Shown here: piece by piece, positions 48,570-61,118 of the stretch
Layout of the letters: each line of letters begins with the position of its first letter
Numbering within the stretch: position 1 is the stretch's first letter
Source of the DNA: Callorhinchus milii
Lineage: Eukaryota
Direction of reading: 5' to 3'
Length of the DNA stretch: 64,000 bases
Assembly (NCBI RefSeq): GCF_018977255.1
Contig: NW_024704743.1
Coordinates: forward strand, 63,118,001 to 63,182,000
Made by a program: the position numbers and the translations under genes
Notes under the pieces: generated by a model
The model's input: only the letters and a program-made list of their open reading frames with translations
What the model was told of the DNA's origin: nothing
Database searches by the model: none

Positions 48570-49090
48570 TAATAATAGTATTAATAATAATAATAATAAT
48601 AATAATCCTTGCATTTGATATAGCGCTTTTCACGTCGGGAGGACGTCCCAAAGCGCTTCACAGAATAGACTGTAAAGTGAATTGACTGTATATTTGTGGG
48701 CGAACGCGGCAGCCAATTGCGCACAGCAATGTCCCACAAACAGTCGTAGATTGAAAATGACCAATTTATTATTGTTTTATTTTGGAGGGATTATTATTAT
48801 ATTATTATATTATTATATTAATATTAATATTAATATTAATATTATTATTATATTAATATTATATATTAATATTATTATATTATATTATTATATTATTATA
48901 TTATATTATTATATTATTAATATAATAATATTAATTATTATTATTATTATTATTAATCCTTGCATTTGGTATAGCACCTTATCATATTGTCGAGATGTCT
49001 CAAATCGCTTCACGGAATTTTACTGTGAAGTGTAGTGATTGTATTTGTAGGCAAACACAGCAGCCAAATGTCCCACAAATAGTCATTGTA
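48570..49090 (-). mobile_element. Two tandem SINE 3' halves joined by an expanded TTA/AT tract (48790-48957)
   Basis: AATAATCCTTGCATTTG tails near 48601 and 48955; the first carries the young tail CACGTCGGGAGGACGTCCC. Confidence 0.85.
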
Positions 49091-49446
49091 CTTTAAAAGA
49101 TCTATACATGGTCCCTTTAAGAAGAAATTCTCACTGTGGTGTGCATTAGCAATGTTCATCTATTCCATTATATATGACCTGATTTTATCCTATTCTGCCA
49201 GCACCTATCTGCATATTGATGGCACCAAAACACATTACAACCTCCAGGATATTTTCTCCCTTTCTGGGTCTCCCATGTTAGTAGATGAGAACACACAGTC
49301 AGTAACACGTGGCTTTCCAGTTTTGCTGTTTTCATTCTATCATGTGTGTGATTACATTGGCATCTCAAGTGATGTGTGGCACCTGGCTGGCAGTTTTGGA
49401 CTTATTGCACGTATCTGTTCAACTTCCCTGATGGTCCAGTGGAACC

Positions 49447-49848
49447 GTATCAGCTTGGCTCAGTTGGTAGCACTCTTACTTCTGGGTCAGAAGGTTGAGG
49501 GTTCAAGTTCTGCATTGGGGACTTGTAGCTCATGGTCTAAACTGACAATGCAGTGTTAGGGGAGTGTTGCAATGTCAGACATGTCATGCTTCAGATGAGA
49601 TTTTAAACTGAGATCTTGTCTGCCTGTTTATGTCAATGTTAAAGAAACCATAAACTATCCAAAAATAGAAGGATGTTTCTCCCTGTGTTCTGCCCAACAT
49701 TCCTGCAGTTAAATTGACTATATGCATTCTGGCTGTTAGCTGCTGCATTTCCCTACATTCACTACACAGTCACTACACTTTACAGAAAAACTATGTGAAG
49801 TGCATTTTGATGTGATAAAGTACTGTATCAAATGCAAGGATTATTATC
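49447..49848 (+). mobile_element. Deu-type SINE
   Basis: GTATCAGCTTGGCTCAGTTGGTAGCACTC...GGGTTCAAG...TTCAGATGAGA...GGATTATTAT. Confidence 0.8.
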
Positions 49849-50279
49849 ACTATCCCCGCCTCTGCTCTTCGTGGTAGTTCAGATTCTTTGAATTTGAACA
49901 ATCAGATTAGCATTCTCCAGACTCTGGATTCCAGACCCAAACCTCAAGTACTCGGTTATGTCAGGCTTATATTCAGCAAATAAAAATGTTTAAATACATT
50001 TTTGAAATCTACTGGAAAAAAACTAAATCCCCATGGGTATCCGGGTCATGAGTAAGAGCAGAATAATTACCCCTAAGCTGTGGTCATTCTGTAATAATCT
50101 TTCACAGTTACCTTCTGACTAAGACAGTAATTAAACAACAGTTGAATAATAGTTGTGCAGTTAAATAATATTCGCCCACAAAATACAAAGACCCTACACT
50201 CTACAGTAAGACCTGTGAAACACTTTGAGATGTTTCAACGTTGTGATAAGGTGCCAAATCAAATTCAAGCATTGTTATC

Positions 50280-50635
50280 TAGAGTCCCACAATGTAGAGG
50301 TTAGCATTCTCGTCTCACAAGCGAGTGGACCCGGATTCGATTCCCAGGCAGTGCGAAAACTTAGGCAAGTTTCCACACACCTCTGTTTACCTAGAAGTAA
50401 GTATGAACTTGACTGTTAGTTGATTGGCGGATCGCTTTCCGGATAATAATCCCTCAAACAAATATATTTGATCACTCAATCCATGACTGTTTGTGGGACA
50501 CATCTGTGCGCTACTTTGTTTCGGCCACAAAATTACACAGTCAATCCACTTTATAATATATTCTGTGAAGTGCTTTGATGTCTCAACAACGTGATAAGGT
50601 AAGGCGTTATATCAAATGCAAGAATTATTATTATT
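50280..50635 (+). mobile_element. tRNA-derived SINE, long variant
   Basis: GGATTCGATTCCC...GGCAAGTTTCC + CTCTGTTTACCTAG...GCGGATCGCTTTCCGG + tail. Confidence 0.82.
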
Positions 50636-51858
50636 TAATTATAAACTAATAGGACAACTTGTTCTTGGTAATAATAATAATGCTTGGATTTGGTATAGGG
50701 TCTTTCACTTCAGAAGGATTTACTGTGAAGTCTAGTGACTATGTATTTTGTAGGTGAACGGTATCAGATAGAGAGGCTGCAAGCATGGTCTATTCTCGTC
50801 CTGTTGATTCCTATATTGTTGTAATCACATGGCATCAGTGGGCTGAAATTCTGGTCAGTGGAACGACTTGGATGATGCACAGTTCTAATGGGGGAAATCT
50901 TGTTACAATCCAACATCATCGATATCGCTTTCTTACCCTCGACCTCAGCAAAGTTGCGTAGCAAATGCCCCATGTCACATCTACCAGCCAGTAATTCTAC
51001 ACATTTTACTTTCACTGCTGTTCAACATTTTTAAGAACTGCAAATCTTTTTAGACATACGTGGATTCCACATATTGAAGTCGTATGAAAAGAAAACACAT
51101 CATATGACATTTATCCAGCGGTTTAACGTGACATCGGTTAGTTAAGTATTAATCTGCCTGGTAGGCTAATTGGATTAATATTGCATATAAGTGTCTGACG
51201 GGTATCTTTTTTTCAACTTTACACCTTACTGGAGAGCAGTGTTACCATAGACTAACACTGCAATGTCCAAGGCTGCTGTATGTAGCCGTCAGTGAAGTTG
51301 ATAACAAATGCAGTTTATGGTAATAGAGAGCTGCTCAGGGCAAGATAAAGAGAGTACTGCATAATACATTAGGTTCTGAACGTAAACTCCACTTCAAATA
51401 ATATTCTTCCATATAAGGATTGGCTTCTCAATCTTGCCAGATCATATTAAAAGGATGTTATGGAGTATTCAAAAGTAAAACTCACTCTTCCAGGAAATTA
51501 GTGTTTTTTTACTCAAACACCCAGCCTTGTTTGTTATATTATTTATTCTGTCTGGGAGATTAAGGTAAAACATTTGGAAAAATATAAGGCTGACTGATTC
51601 ATTCTCTCCTCTTCAAACTCCTTGCTTTTTTATTGGATTGTTTTACTTTTATGGATCTACTTCTCGGTTCATTTACATTTGTTCTTCTCTCTGTGGGTCT
51701 CTGACCTGAATAGCTCAGTGTTTTTCCAGGTTTCCCTCAGTGATGCTCTAAAATTAGCCAGCCCATTGGTACAAGAGAGCCATCCAGGCTCACCCTTCTA
51801 TATGTGATCTCTCCCCGTGGAGACCTGCCTCAAACCCTCGACCCACTGCATTCTGTCT

Positions 51859-52228
51859 CTCTCATACACTCACACCATCCACTCATCACACTCTGCCTCT
51901 CTCATTCACGCCATCCATTCATCACACTCTGCCTCTCTCATACACTCACACCATCTACTCATCACACTCTGCCTCTCTCATACACTCACGCCATCCACTC
52001 ATCACACTCTGCCTCCCTCATACACTCACACCATCCATTCATCACACTCTGCCTCTCTCATTCACGCCATCCATTCATCACACTCTGCCTCTCTCATACA
52101 CTCACACCATCTACTCATCACACTCTGCCTCTCTCATACACTCACGCCATCCACTCATCACACTCTGCCTCCCTCATACACTCACACCATCCATTCATCA
52201 CACTCTGCCTCTCTCATACACTCACACC
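51859..52228. repeat. 40/36-bp minisatellite, ~9.5 units
   Basis: Unit CTCTCATACACTCACACCATCCACTCATCACACTCTGCCT. Confidence 0.95.
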
Positions 52229-54199
52229 CTCCATCTTCCTCAACACTCATCTTTTGTCTCTCGTGTTTGATTTGTGCAGATGTTTCTTTCTTCACTCAGC
52301 TTTCATACTGACCAGAGTCTGAGCCTTGCGTTCGTGTTTAATTCAGTTTTATCTCACTTCATAGCAGGGCTCAGCTCCATTGTGGTAACAATGTCACTGA
52401 GCCTAACACTAATGCTGAATATCCCAAAGACTGTAAATGCAGTTCAGGGATCCAGGCTGATCTGGTGGATTATTAAAAGCTCAGGTCTAGTGCCACAAAT
52501 ATATTATTTTGCTTCTTACAAAACCCACTTTGTAAAGTTTCAGGCTGCAGCAGGTCTGACAGTTGCTTCAATGCAACCTGTGCTGCAGGTCAGTGTCCAC
52601 AACAGTCCAACCTGTGCTGCAGGTCAGATGCTGGAGCAATGCAACCTGTGCTACAGCAGCAGGTGTGGAGAGACCAGCTGCGCTCCTAAAGCCAACTGTT
52701 TGTGGAGCTTGAGTAGGTCCAGGATGTCAACACCAGCCTCTGACCCTGCTCATGTCATCCCTCATTTAGCGTCTTCAAACCGTCCAGTAACCTACCCTTG
52801 TGGCACTCCACATCCATCTCCATGACATTGAAAACCATTGATACATTATCCATCAGTATCTCTTTCTGGAACTCTATCCTGGAGTCCCTCTGACTTGCTC
52901 CCTCACTCCCCTCATTAGAGCAATAGTCTCAAGATCACTTTGACCATGATTTCTGTCATCTTTTCCCTCCCCACCCCTTTTGGTTTTCACTCCAGTTTGG
53001 ATGCCCAGCTTCCAGTTACAAGAGGTTTGAGACGTCGCCCTGATGTGAAAGGCGCTATATAAATGTAAATTGTATTATAACTCCATCATTGCATGATCTC
53101 CATCCATATTCCCTGAAACTCAATTCCCAGGACTGAACTTTGAGAAGTTTCTAAGATATAAAAAGTTACAGGAAGCAAGAAGTCCGATATTTACTCACAG
53201 TATTCGAACAGTATTTGAGCACAGCCCAATTAACATTTACCACCCTTTCCCTCTTAATTAAGTGGTCTCTTCTGAGGATGTTAAGTTTGTCGAAGTATCT
53301 GCAAGACCCATAATAACAAAATTGCCAATTAGTGCCAAGCCAAGTGTCCAGTCCAGCTAATTGGAGAAGACAATTAAAAGTAGCCCTCTCACGCACAGCC
53401 TAATAGGTTTGGCATATGTGAAGTTAATTGCTGGTAACTGCAGCCAGTACACTGCTGATTATCAAGATTAATGGCCTCAATGGAGAAACTCAAACCATCA
53501 AGAAGGAAGAAAAGGTCAGCCACCGCCTGTCTACCTTGTCGCTGGACTTCAGATGTATTTTAAGGTCTAATAACGGATCGTAACTGTGGAATGTGGTAAT
53601 GTTGTGAGCGATTAATTTCAATAGCGCTGAGCAGTGGCGCAGACTGAAGGGAGGGGGTGGGGTGTGTGGGAACTTGTACTTCTATTCCTTGTGGAGAGGA
53701 GCCACCCCCAGGCAAACATGTGCACTACAACAAAGAAATGTGAGGTCTTTTCCAGAGGAGTTGATGATAATAATAATAATATTATGAGCTTGGGTTCAGT
53801 AAAGGCATTTAAATTTCTCTAACAATAACTGGACAAAACAAACATGGGGGTGAAAATATGAACTGTGTGATATGTTAATTAATACCAACGGTATTAATGA
53901 ACATGTGTTGATAAAAAAGGTTAACAACAAAAACAACCAACAAAAATTACATTGGACAGCAGAGGTCCTGGAATTGAGGGTGGAGGCAGAGAGGGAGAGT
54001 TGAGTGTCATCCGCATACATGTGGAAGTAACACTTTATCTGGACTCCAGTTGTGCTAGTGTCCCTCCCGACACTCTTTTCAATGGCTTCACCAAGAAACC
54101 AGCCTCCGTCTAGTCTCACATATCACAGCATTATATAAAGGTGGACACATTTGGTGGCATTGGATGCTATATCAAATGCAAGGATTATTATTATTAGGA

Positions 54200-54625
54200 A
54201 GCAGCCTTGTTCAGTTGCTAGTACTTTTGCCTCTGGATAAGATGGTTGTGGGTTCAAGCCCCTTGTCAGGACTTTAAGCTCATGGTCTAGGCTGACAATC
54301 CAGTGCAGTGTTGGGAGGATGCTGCAAAGTCAAAAGCGCTTTCCTTTGGATGAGATGTTAAATTGAGGTCCCATCTGCCTGTTCAGGTGGACGATAAAAC
54401 ACTATTTAACATTTGAATACAGAATGGATTTTCTCTGGTGTCCATGTAAATGATCCCCAAGATAAAATTGGTCATTCACTTCATGGATATTTATGTGACA
54501 TTGCTTTGTGAAATTCTATACTTGCCTAAAAAATAGTCAATACATTTTACAGTAAATCCTGCAAAGCACTTTGAGATGTTGCCTGACATGAGAGGTGCTA
54601 TATGAATGTAACGATTATTATTACT
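54200..54625 (+). mobile_element. Deu-type SINE
   Basis: GGTTGTGGGTTCAAGCCCC...GGATGAGATGTTAAATTGAGGTCCCATCTGCCTGTTCAGGTGGACG. Confidence 0.8.
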
Positions 54626-55961
54626 AGTAGCAGTATTACTATTAATTATTGCAGTGTCATGAGATCTTTAACATCCAGCTGAACAGGCAGATGAGATCCA
54701 ATCCTTGCTGATTTTTGACTGATGATTAGTAACCAGCTTGTCTTCAACCATCTCAGTTTCAGTGACGCTGTGAAGCTCTGGGACTGTCCCTTCCAGTTCC
54801 CCTACTTACATGGAAATCTTTCATATCTTTCATATCTAGTACGGAAAGTTAATGCTCAAACACAATGCAGAACTCATTCTGCTAATGCCAGATAAAACTA
54901 CTCACCGGCAAGAACGAACAGCTTCAGATTTACCCACACACAAAATTACGTCTTCTTCCATGAAACGAACAAGTTATCCAAAGGCATCAGTTTAGCTGCT
55001 TCTATTTGCTCTTAAAAATGTTCAAACTGCAAATCAAGTGACAATAGTTAGCTGTAACATCACAAAAGTATAGTCACTAAGGCTATATTTTCTAAGTCGC
55101 TTTTATTTTTGCACTGTTAGTGTAACAGAAGAGACGTGGCTTTAGTCTTTATAACAATAATAATAATAACAATCATCCCTGCATTTGGTATAATGCCTTC
55201 TTGAGGATGTCTCAAAACTCTTCCCAGTACAGTGTGTGTGTGTTGGGTGTTGTTAATGTCATAATGATATGGGGGTAATGCAGTTATTTTTGACCAGCAA
55301 ATTAAAAATGCCAGTTTATTTTATTAGACAATGGATTCAATCAAGTTGGGCAATGCTGTATCGTCTAATATTAAAATAAACATTGTCAAATGTTCTCTAC
55401 GTCACTCGGGGGTTAGGCTGTAATACTCCCACAGATTTTGGTCAGCACAGCTACATGAGACAGAGTTTCCTCACTTAAAGTGTTTATTTGTTGCTAATGC
55501 TCAATGAGGCATGAAGCAGCATAAGGGTTTACAGCGTTGTTGCCAATGTTTGCAATAAGGTTATAAAGCCCCTTGGGGATTATCTTACACCACATGTGAT
55601 GATAAAGACACTGCAGAATGTCAATGATTGCAAAATGTGGATGATTAATAAGGAATGTTTGCCAGGTCAGCTATTGCATGAATAGATCTAACAGTGAAAA
55701 GCAAATCTGTTTCATAAAATCCATCACATGTGGGAGAATTGTCCAGATGTTCTGTTATAGAGTGGGGGTGGGATCCATAAAATCCCAACCCGGAGCTGGT
55801 TTCCCTGGGTATGTTGACAGCCGTTCCCTGTGCTAAAAAATAGGCAATTTCCAGGTCATCAGGTCACTGTTGAAGTCACTTCCACATGCGCAAAGCGGCA
55901 AGTGATGTCAAAAGTAATCTGGTGACCCACAAATGAACCATTTTGTTTTGTACTTGAAAGC

Positions 55962-56078
55962 GAGTCACAGTGAGAGAACGAGAGTCACAGTGAGAGAACG
56001 AGAGTCACAGTGAGAGAAAGAGAGTCACAGTGAGAGAAAGAGAGTCACAGTAAGAGAGAGTCACAGTGAGAGAGAGAG
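55962..56078. repeat. 20-bp minisatellite (GAGTCACAGTGAGAGAA[C/A]GA)n
   Basis: About 6 units read directly. Confidence 0.93.
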
Positions 56079-56088
56079 GGAGTGTCGC

Positions 56089-58036
56089 ATAGAATCATAG
56101 AATTACACAGCACAGAAGGAGGCCATTCGGCCCATCGTGTCTGTGTTGGATTTTGAAAAGAGCTATTCAAATCAATCCCACTCCCCCGCTCTCTCCTCAT
56201 AGCCCTGCAAACTTGCCCTCCCCAAATAATTATCTACTTCTCTCTTGAAAGTTGTTATCGAATTGGCTTCCACCATCCTTTCAGGCAATGCATTCCAGAT
56301 CCGAATGACTCGCTGTGTGAACACATTTCTCCTCAGCTCCCCTCTGTTTCTTTTAACAACTATTTTAAGTCGGTGCCCTTGGGTTACCAACCCACCCGCC
56401 AACGGATATAGTTTCCCTTTGTTCACCTATCGAATCCCCTCATAATTTTTAAAAAGCTTCTATTAAGTCTCCTCTTGACCTTCTCTGTTCCAAGGAGAAT
56501 AATCCTCGCTTCTCTAGCCTCTCCTCATAACTGAAGTCCCTCATTCCTGGTACCATGCTGGTCAATCTCCTTTGCATCTTCTCCAATGCCTTGACATCCT
56601 TCCTAAAGTGCGGTGCCCAGAACTGAACACAGTCTCTCGCTGAGGCTTAACCAGTGTTTTGTAAAGGTTCATCATAACTTCCTGACTTTTGTATTCTATG
56701 CCCCTACTTATAAAGCCTGGTATCCCGTATGCTTTTTTAACAGCTTTATCTACCTTTACCTACCTGTAAATTCAAAGATTTACTTATATGAACCCCCGGG
56801 TCTCTCTGTTCCTTCACTCCCTTTAAGATTGGACCATCAGCTTTTATTGCCTCTCCTCATTCTTCCTCCCAAAATGCATCACTTCGCATTTCTCCATATT
56901 AAACTTCATCTGCCACGTGTCCGCCCACTTTACCAGTCTGTCTATGTCCATTTGCAGTCTGCTACTATGCTCCTCATCGTTTACTACTTTTCCCAGCTTA
57001 GTATCATCTGCAAACTTGGAAATTGAACATTGATCCCAGCCCTGTTCAGGTGTAACCCATCTTGTACAGGTCACACCTGCCCCAGAACTGGTCCCACTGA
57101 TCCAAGAACCTGAAGCCCTCCCTTCTGCACCATTTCTCCAGCCATGTGTTTGATCCTGCTGTTTTGATACTCACTTGCACGAGGCACTGGGAGTAATCCA
57201 GAGATCACCACCTTTGAGGTCCTACTCCTTAGCTTTTTCCCTAGCTTCTGATACTCTCTCTGTAGGATCTCAGCCCTTTTTTTCCTTACTTCATGGATCC
57301 CAACATGAACCACAACTTCTGGATGTTCCCCTTCCCCCTGTAGAACATTTGCACCCATTCCATGATCTTCAACCCCGGCATCAGGGAGGCAACATACCAT
57401 GCAAGAGTCATGTCTTTAGTTGCAGAAACACCTGTCTATTCCTTTCACCATTGTGTTCCCAGTGACAATTGCACTTACACTCTTCCCTGTGTCCCCCTGT
57501 GCATCCCTTTGCTTTTGACTCCTCTTCCCAGAGCTGTCATCACCCTCACCGGTATTCAGTACAAAGAACCGGTTTGTGAGTGCCACACTCTCAGGGAATT
57601 TCTGCACTGCCCTCTTCCTACCAAGCTGGGCGGTCACCCACTCACTCTCCTTCTGAACCCTATGTGGCTGTAGGGTGACCACCTCTGGAAATGTTCGATC
57701 CATGAACTCTTCAGCCTACCGTATACTATGTAGTGACACCAGCCTCTCCTCGAGCTCAGAAACTCTGAGCTCAAGCTTGAGCAGCCGGAGGCACTTGCTA
57801 CACACGTGTCTGTCCAGGCCACACAAAGCATCCTGGAGTTCCCACATGGCACACTCAGCTGCCCTGCCATATTCCCAGACATGGTTTATATTATTTTAAT
57901 ATAACTTATATATTTTATAATTCTGCACCTCTTTCCCCCTCTGTACTGAATTCCCACTCTCAACAAATTCCTTAACATAATTCTCATTCTGTTCCACCTC
58001 ACTCAGTTGCCTCCTCACACTGCTGGCTCTCTGCTC
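56089..58036 (-). mobile_element. Internally deleted CR1 (5' UTR + ORF1 joined to the last part of RT + 3' tail)
   Basis: PEVVVHVG...KVVISGLLPVPRASEY (esterase) adjacent to SKFADDTKLG...WQMKFNMEKCEVMHFG; same termini as 35309-39537. Confidence 0.92.
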
Positions 58037-58369
58037 TGCATTGAGAGAGAATGACAGACGAAAAATAGCCCAGAATTGAGCTGGCAATGTGCACTGTAGT
58101 GACAGTACAACATCTGATGGAATAGAGATGTAGCCAATTATATTTTATTTGATGACTCCAATTATCTGCATTGTTAAGTATGGATAATCGGCTCATTAAT
58201 GTATCTCTGGGTTGGCAAAGTGTTTGATGTGTAACATATACTAATGGTGCTTTTGAATGTACTATGATGTATACAGAGAATGAACATATGCACATCACCA
58301 AGGGAAGGAAGGTGATACAAAGCACGATTGAAAAGAGGGAGAGGAAAGAAGGAAAAGCAGCGGGATTGG

Positions 58370-58632
58370 GAGATTGCGTTCCAGAGAAATAGGGCTGAAT
58401 GGCGAAAGATTGCCTAACAATTCTGTGGTGTAAAGGTGAAGGACATGAAACAAGCCAGTGCTTGCTGAGCGCAGGGGGTGGTCAGGTCAGTAGGGTTACA
58501 GAAGGTCACAGAGGTGGGGTGGGGGGAAGGAATTTTATGGTGAAAACGAGGATCTTGAATTTGTAGTGAAGGCGAGTGAGGATAGGGGAATGGGCACACG
58601 GAGCCTGTGCGGGAGAGGACACGGACTGCAGA
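58370..58632 (-). mobile_element. Old L2 3' fragment
   Basis: GAGGATCTTGAATTTG...GTGCGGGAGAGGACACGGACTGCAGA. Confidence 0.65.
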
Positions 58633-58793
58633 CAATTTCTACTTGAACTCATACAAAAAGATAACTTCAACATGTTAACTTGTCTTTGTTAAATCATAAA
58701 ATGAGAATTATATTCAATTAAACATAACTTACTGTTAAAAATGGGATTGATACCCATTTTACAGTACTTGAAGGAGATTGTCATCAGATTACA

Positions 58794-58811
58794 GGCCACA
58801 AGGGGGCGCTA
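58794..58811 (+). promoter_or_regulatory. CTCF core motif
   Basis: GGCCACAAGGGGGCGCTA matches CCACNAGGGGGCGC, in AT-rich unique sequence. Confidence 0.65.
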
Positions 58812-58967
58812 ACAACCTTTTTTTGTCTGTTGCCTACCTGTCAAGAAGGTCTTCCTTCAAGCTTGTAAACAACTCCAATGGATTTTTAAGTGATAAATAA
58901 AGTGAAATTAGGAATATAAAATTAAATTGTGCTTTTTATTTGACTAGGCTTTCAGGGGTCCATTTAG

Positions 58968-59390
58968 TCTCAGCCTAGCACAGTTGGTATCACTTCCGTC
59001 TCTGAGTCAGAAATTTGTGGGTTCAAGCCCCCCCCCCCTCCCCCATTGGGACATTGAGCTTGTGGTTTAAGATGACATTTCAATACAGTGCTAAGGGTCT
59101 GATGATTTGTTGAAGTTGTTGTCCTTCAGATGAGATGTTAGACCAGGGTCCTGTCAGCCAATTCAGTGAACACCAAAGATCCCATGGGATGATCTGAAAT
59201 GAGAAGAGAGTTTCTTTTGGTGTCCTCGCCATCAATCCAGCTAATTTGCTTCATGGCTATTTATGGGACATTGGTGTGCACTAATTGGCTGCTGCATTTG
59301 CCTACACAGTTACTCCACTTTTAACAGTAAATACTGTGGAGCGCTTTGAGACATCCTCCCAATGTGGAAAGTTCTGTATCAAAAGCAATA
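58968..59390 (+). mobile_element. Deu-type SINE
   Basis: CAGTTGGTATCAC...TCTGAGTCAGAA...GGGTTCAAGCCCC...CTTCAGATGAGATGTTAG...AAAGATCCCATGG. Confidence 0.78.
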
Positions 59391-60764
59391 TGATACATAA
59401 TGCAACTGACATTTATACGGTGCCTTTCACATCAGGGGGACATTTCAAGGATGCAAGGAATATTATGAAAGCAACTAGGAAAGCTGTGAACCAAGAGGGC
59501 TTTTAAACCATTTTGCAGAAGTGAAGCTGCTGGTTTGAGATTGACTGGAAGAGGTCGCCCTCTGCATCTACCCATTAACATCTGTTGTACATTAAGATTT
59601 TTTTGTAGAGCAGAGGAAATATTTATCTCATAATGAGAGGGTGCAGGATACATGGGAAAAGTGATTTTTACACAGCACTCATGCTCGGTAACCCAAGGGA
59701 TGAGAGATTAAGCTCCTTAAAACATCCTCCTTAGATGAAAGACATTGTATAAAAGTAAATTTGTACTGTATTGTATTGAGAAATCTTATTCTGGCACATC
59801 TATAGACTGCTAACACAAGTTTTAACTGAGTCAGGGACTAATGACAGGATTCATGACAAGTTAACAGTCTCCAGAAATCTTACTCACAGCGGATTCATTT
59901 CAAAGCAAAAGGAAATTCAGGCCAATTTTTTTATTTACTGAGAACTTAGAAAGAGTTTCAGACTGTACTGTAGATAACACTGTCATACTGAAATGTACAA
60001 AGAACAAGAATCTATTTGATACAGTGCCTTTCACGTCTGGAGGACGTCACACGATTTACCGTACAGTGTAGTGACTGTGTACTTTGTAGGCAGTTTTGTG
60101 CCGTGTGTGTGTGTGAGCTAAAGAACTGGGGTAGCTTGGCTGTGATCCTCGCCTGTGGTCACATTTACTGCTGTTGCCAACTACCAACTGCCAACTTGTC
60201 GACTCATTTGACAAAAACCTGTAGGATGAGGAATAGGCTAACGTCAGCCTTCAGCAAAGAGGAGAAAGAAACTGGTCACAAGATAGAAAACAATCCAGTT
60301 AATTCTGAGAGGGATATCATGTGATTGCTGGCTGTTTGGAATGTGTCAAGTTATCAGAACTGTCCAATTGGTTTCTAAGCCACCCCCCAGCATCCTGCTA
60401 TGAGCGCTATCCAGTGATTCCCCCCCACCCCATCCCCCTCAATAATAAACACACTGGGATGAAGACAGGGGTCTCTGCTTTCAGAATTCCACGGAAAGCG
60501 CTTTAAGACGTCTCAAAGACGTGATGAGGCACTCCATCAAATTGCAAGGATTATTAATATTAGTATTAAAGCTGAAAAGCAGAACTTTGTAATAAGGAGA
60601 AGGAATAAAACAAATTTTGTGCCTTTCAAATTAAAGTTGCTAAACGGGAAAAATAAGAGTGAGAAGTTTGAATAAGTGACTTTTATCTTTATTGTTGGTG
60701 CACATTCTGTCATTTTGTGCCATAAGCATTCTTCCTTGATGATATATTTATATGAGCTGTAACT

Positions 60765-61118
60765 GTAAAGTGGATTGACTGTGTTTCTGTGGGTGAAACG
60801 TGGCAGCCAGTTGCGCACAACAATGTCCCACAAACAGCCGTAGAGTGATTACCAATTTTATTTGGAGGATTGAAACATCGGGAGAAACTCCCTTCTCTTC
60901 TCGAATATGGCCATGGGATCCTTAACATCCATCTGAACAAGCAGACGGGACCTCGATTTAACATCTTATCTGAATGACGGCACCTCCGACAATGGAACTC
61001 ACCCCAGCAATGCACTGGATTGTCAGCTCAGACTGTGCAATTCCAAGTCTCGATGTGGCGCTTGAACCCACAGCATTCTGACTCAGAGGTGGAACTGCTA
61101 TTACTCAGCCAGGTTGAC
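60765..61118 (-). mobile_element. Well-preserved Deu-type SINE
   Basis: GCCATGGGATCCTTAACATCCATCTGAACAAGCAGACGGGACCTCGATTTAACATCTTATCTGAATGACGGCACCTCCGACA. Confidence 0.85.

Noticed and set aside
48682..49035. Ile/Tyr-rich hydrophobic ORF
   Set aside because: Translation of the AT microsatellite.
51859..52660. CRISPR-like periodicity
   Set aside because: Eukaryotic context, no cas genes, and no array of unique spacers.
51804..52825. His/Ser-rich ORFs and the adjacent 183-aa ORF
   Set aside because: Minisatellite translation; the neighbour has no recognisable domain and starts at a non-ATG codon.
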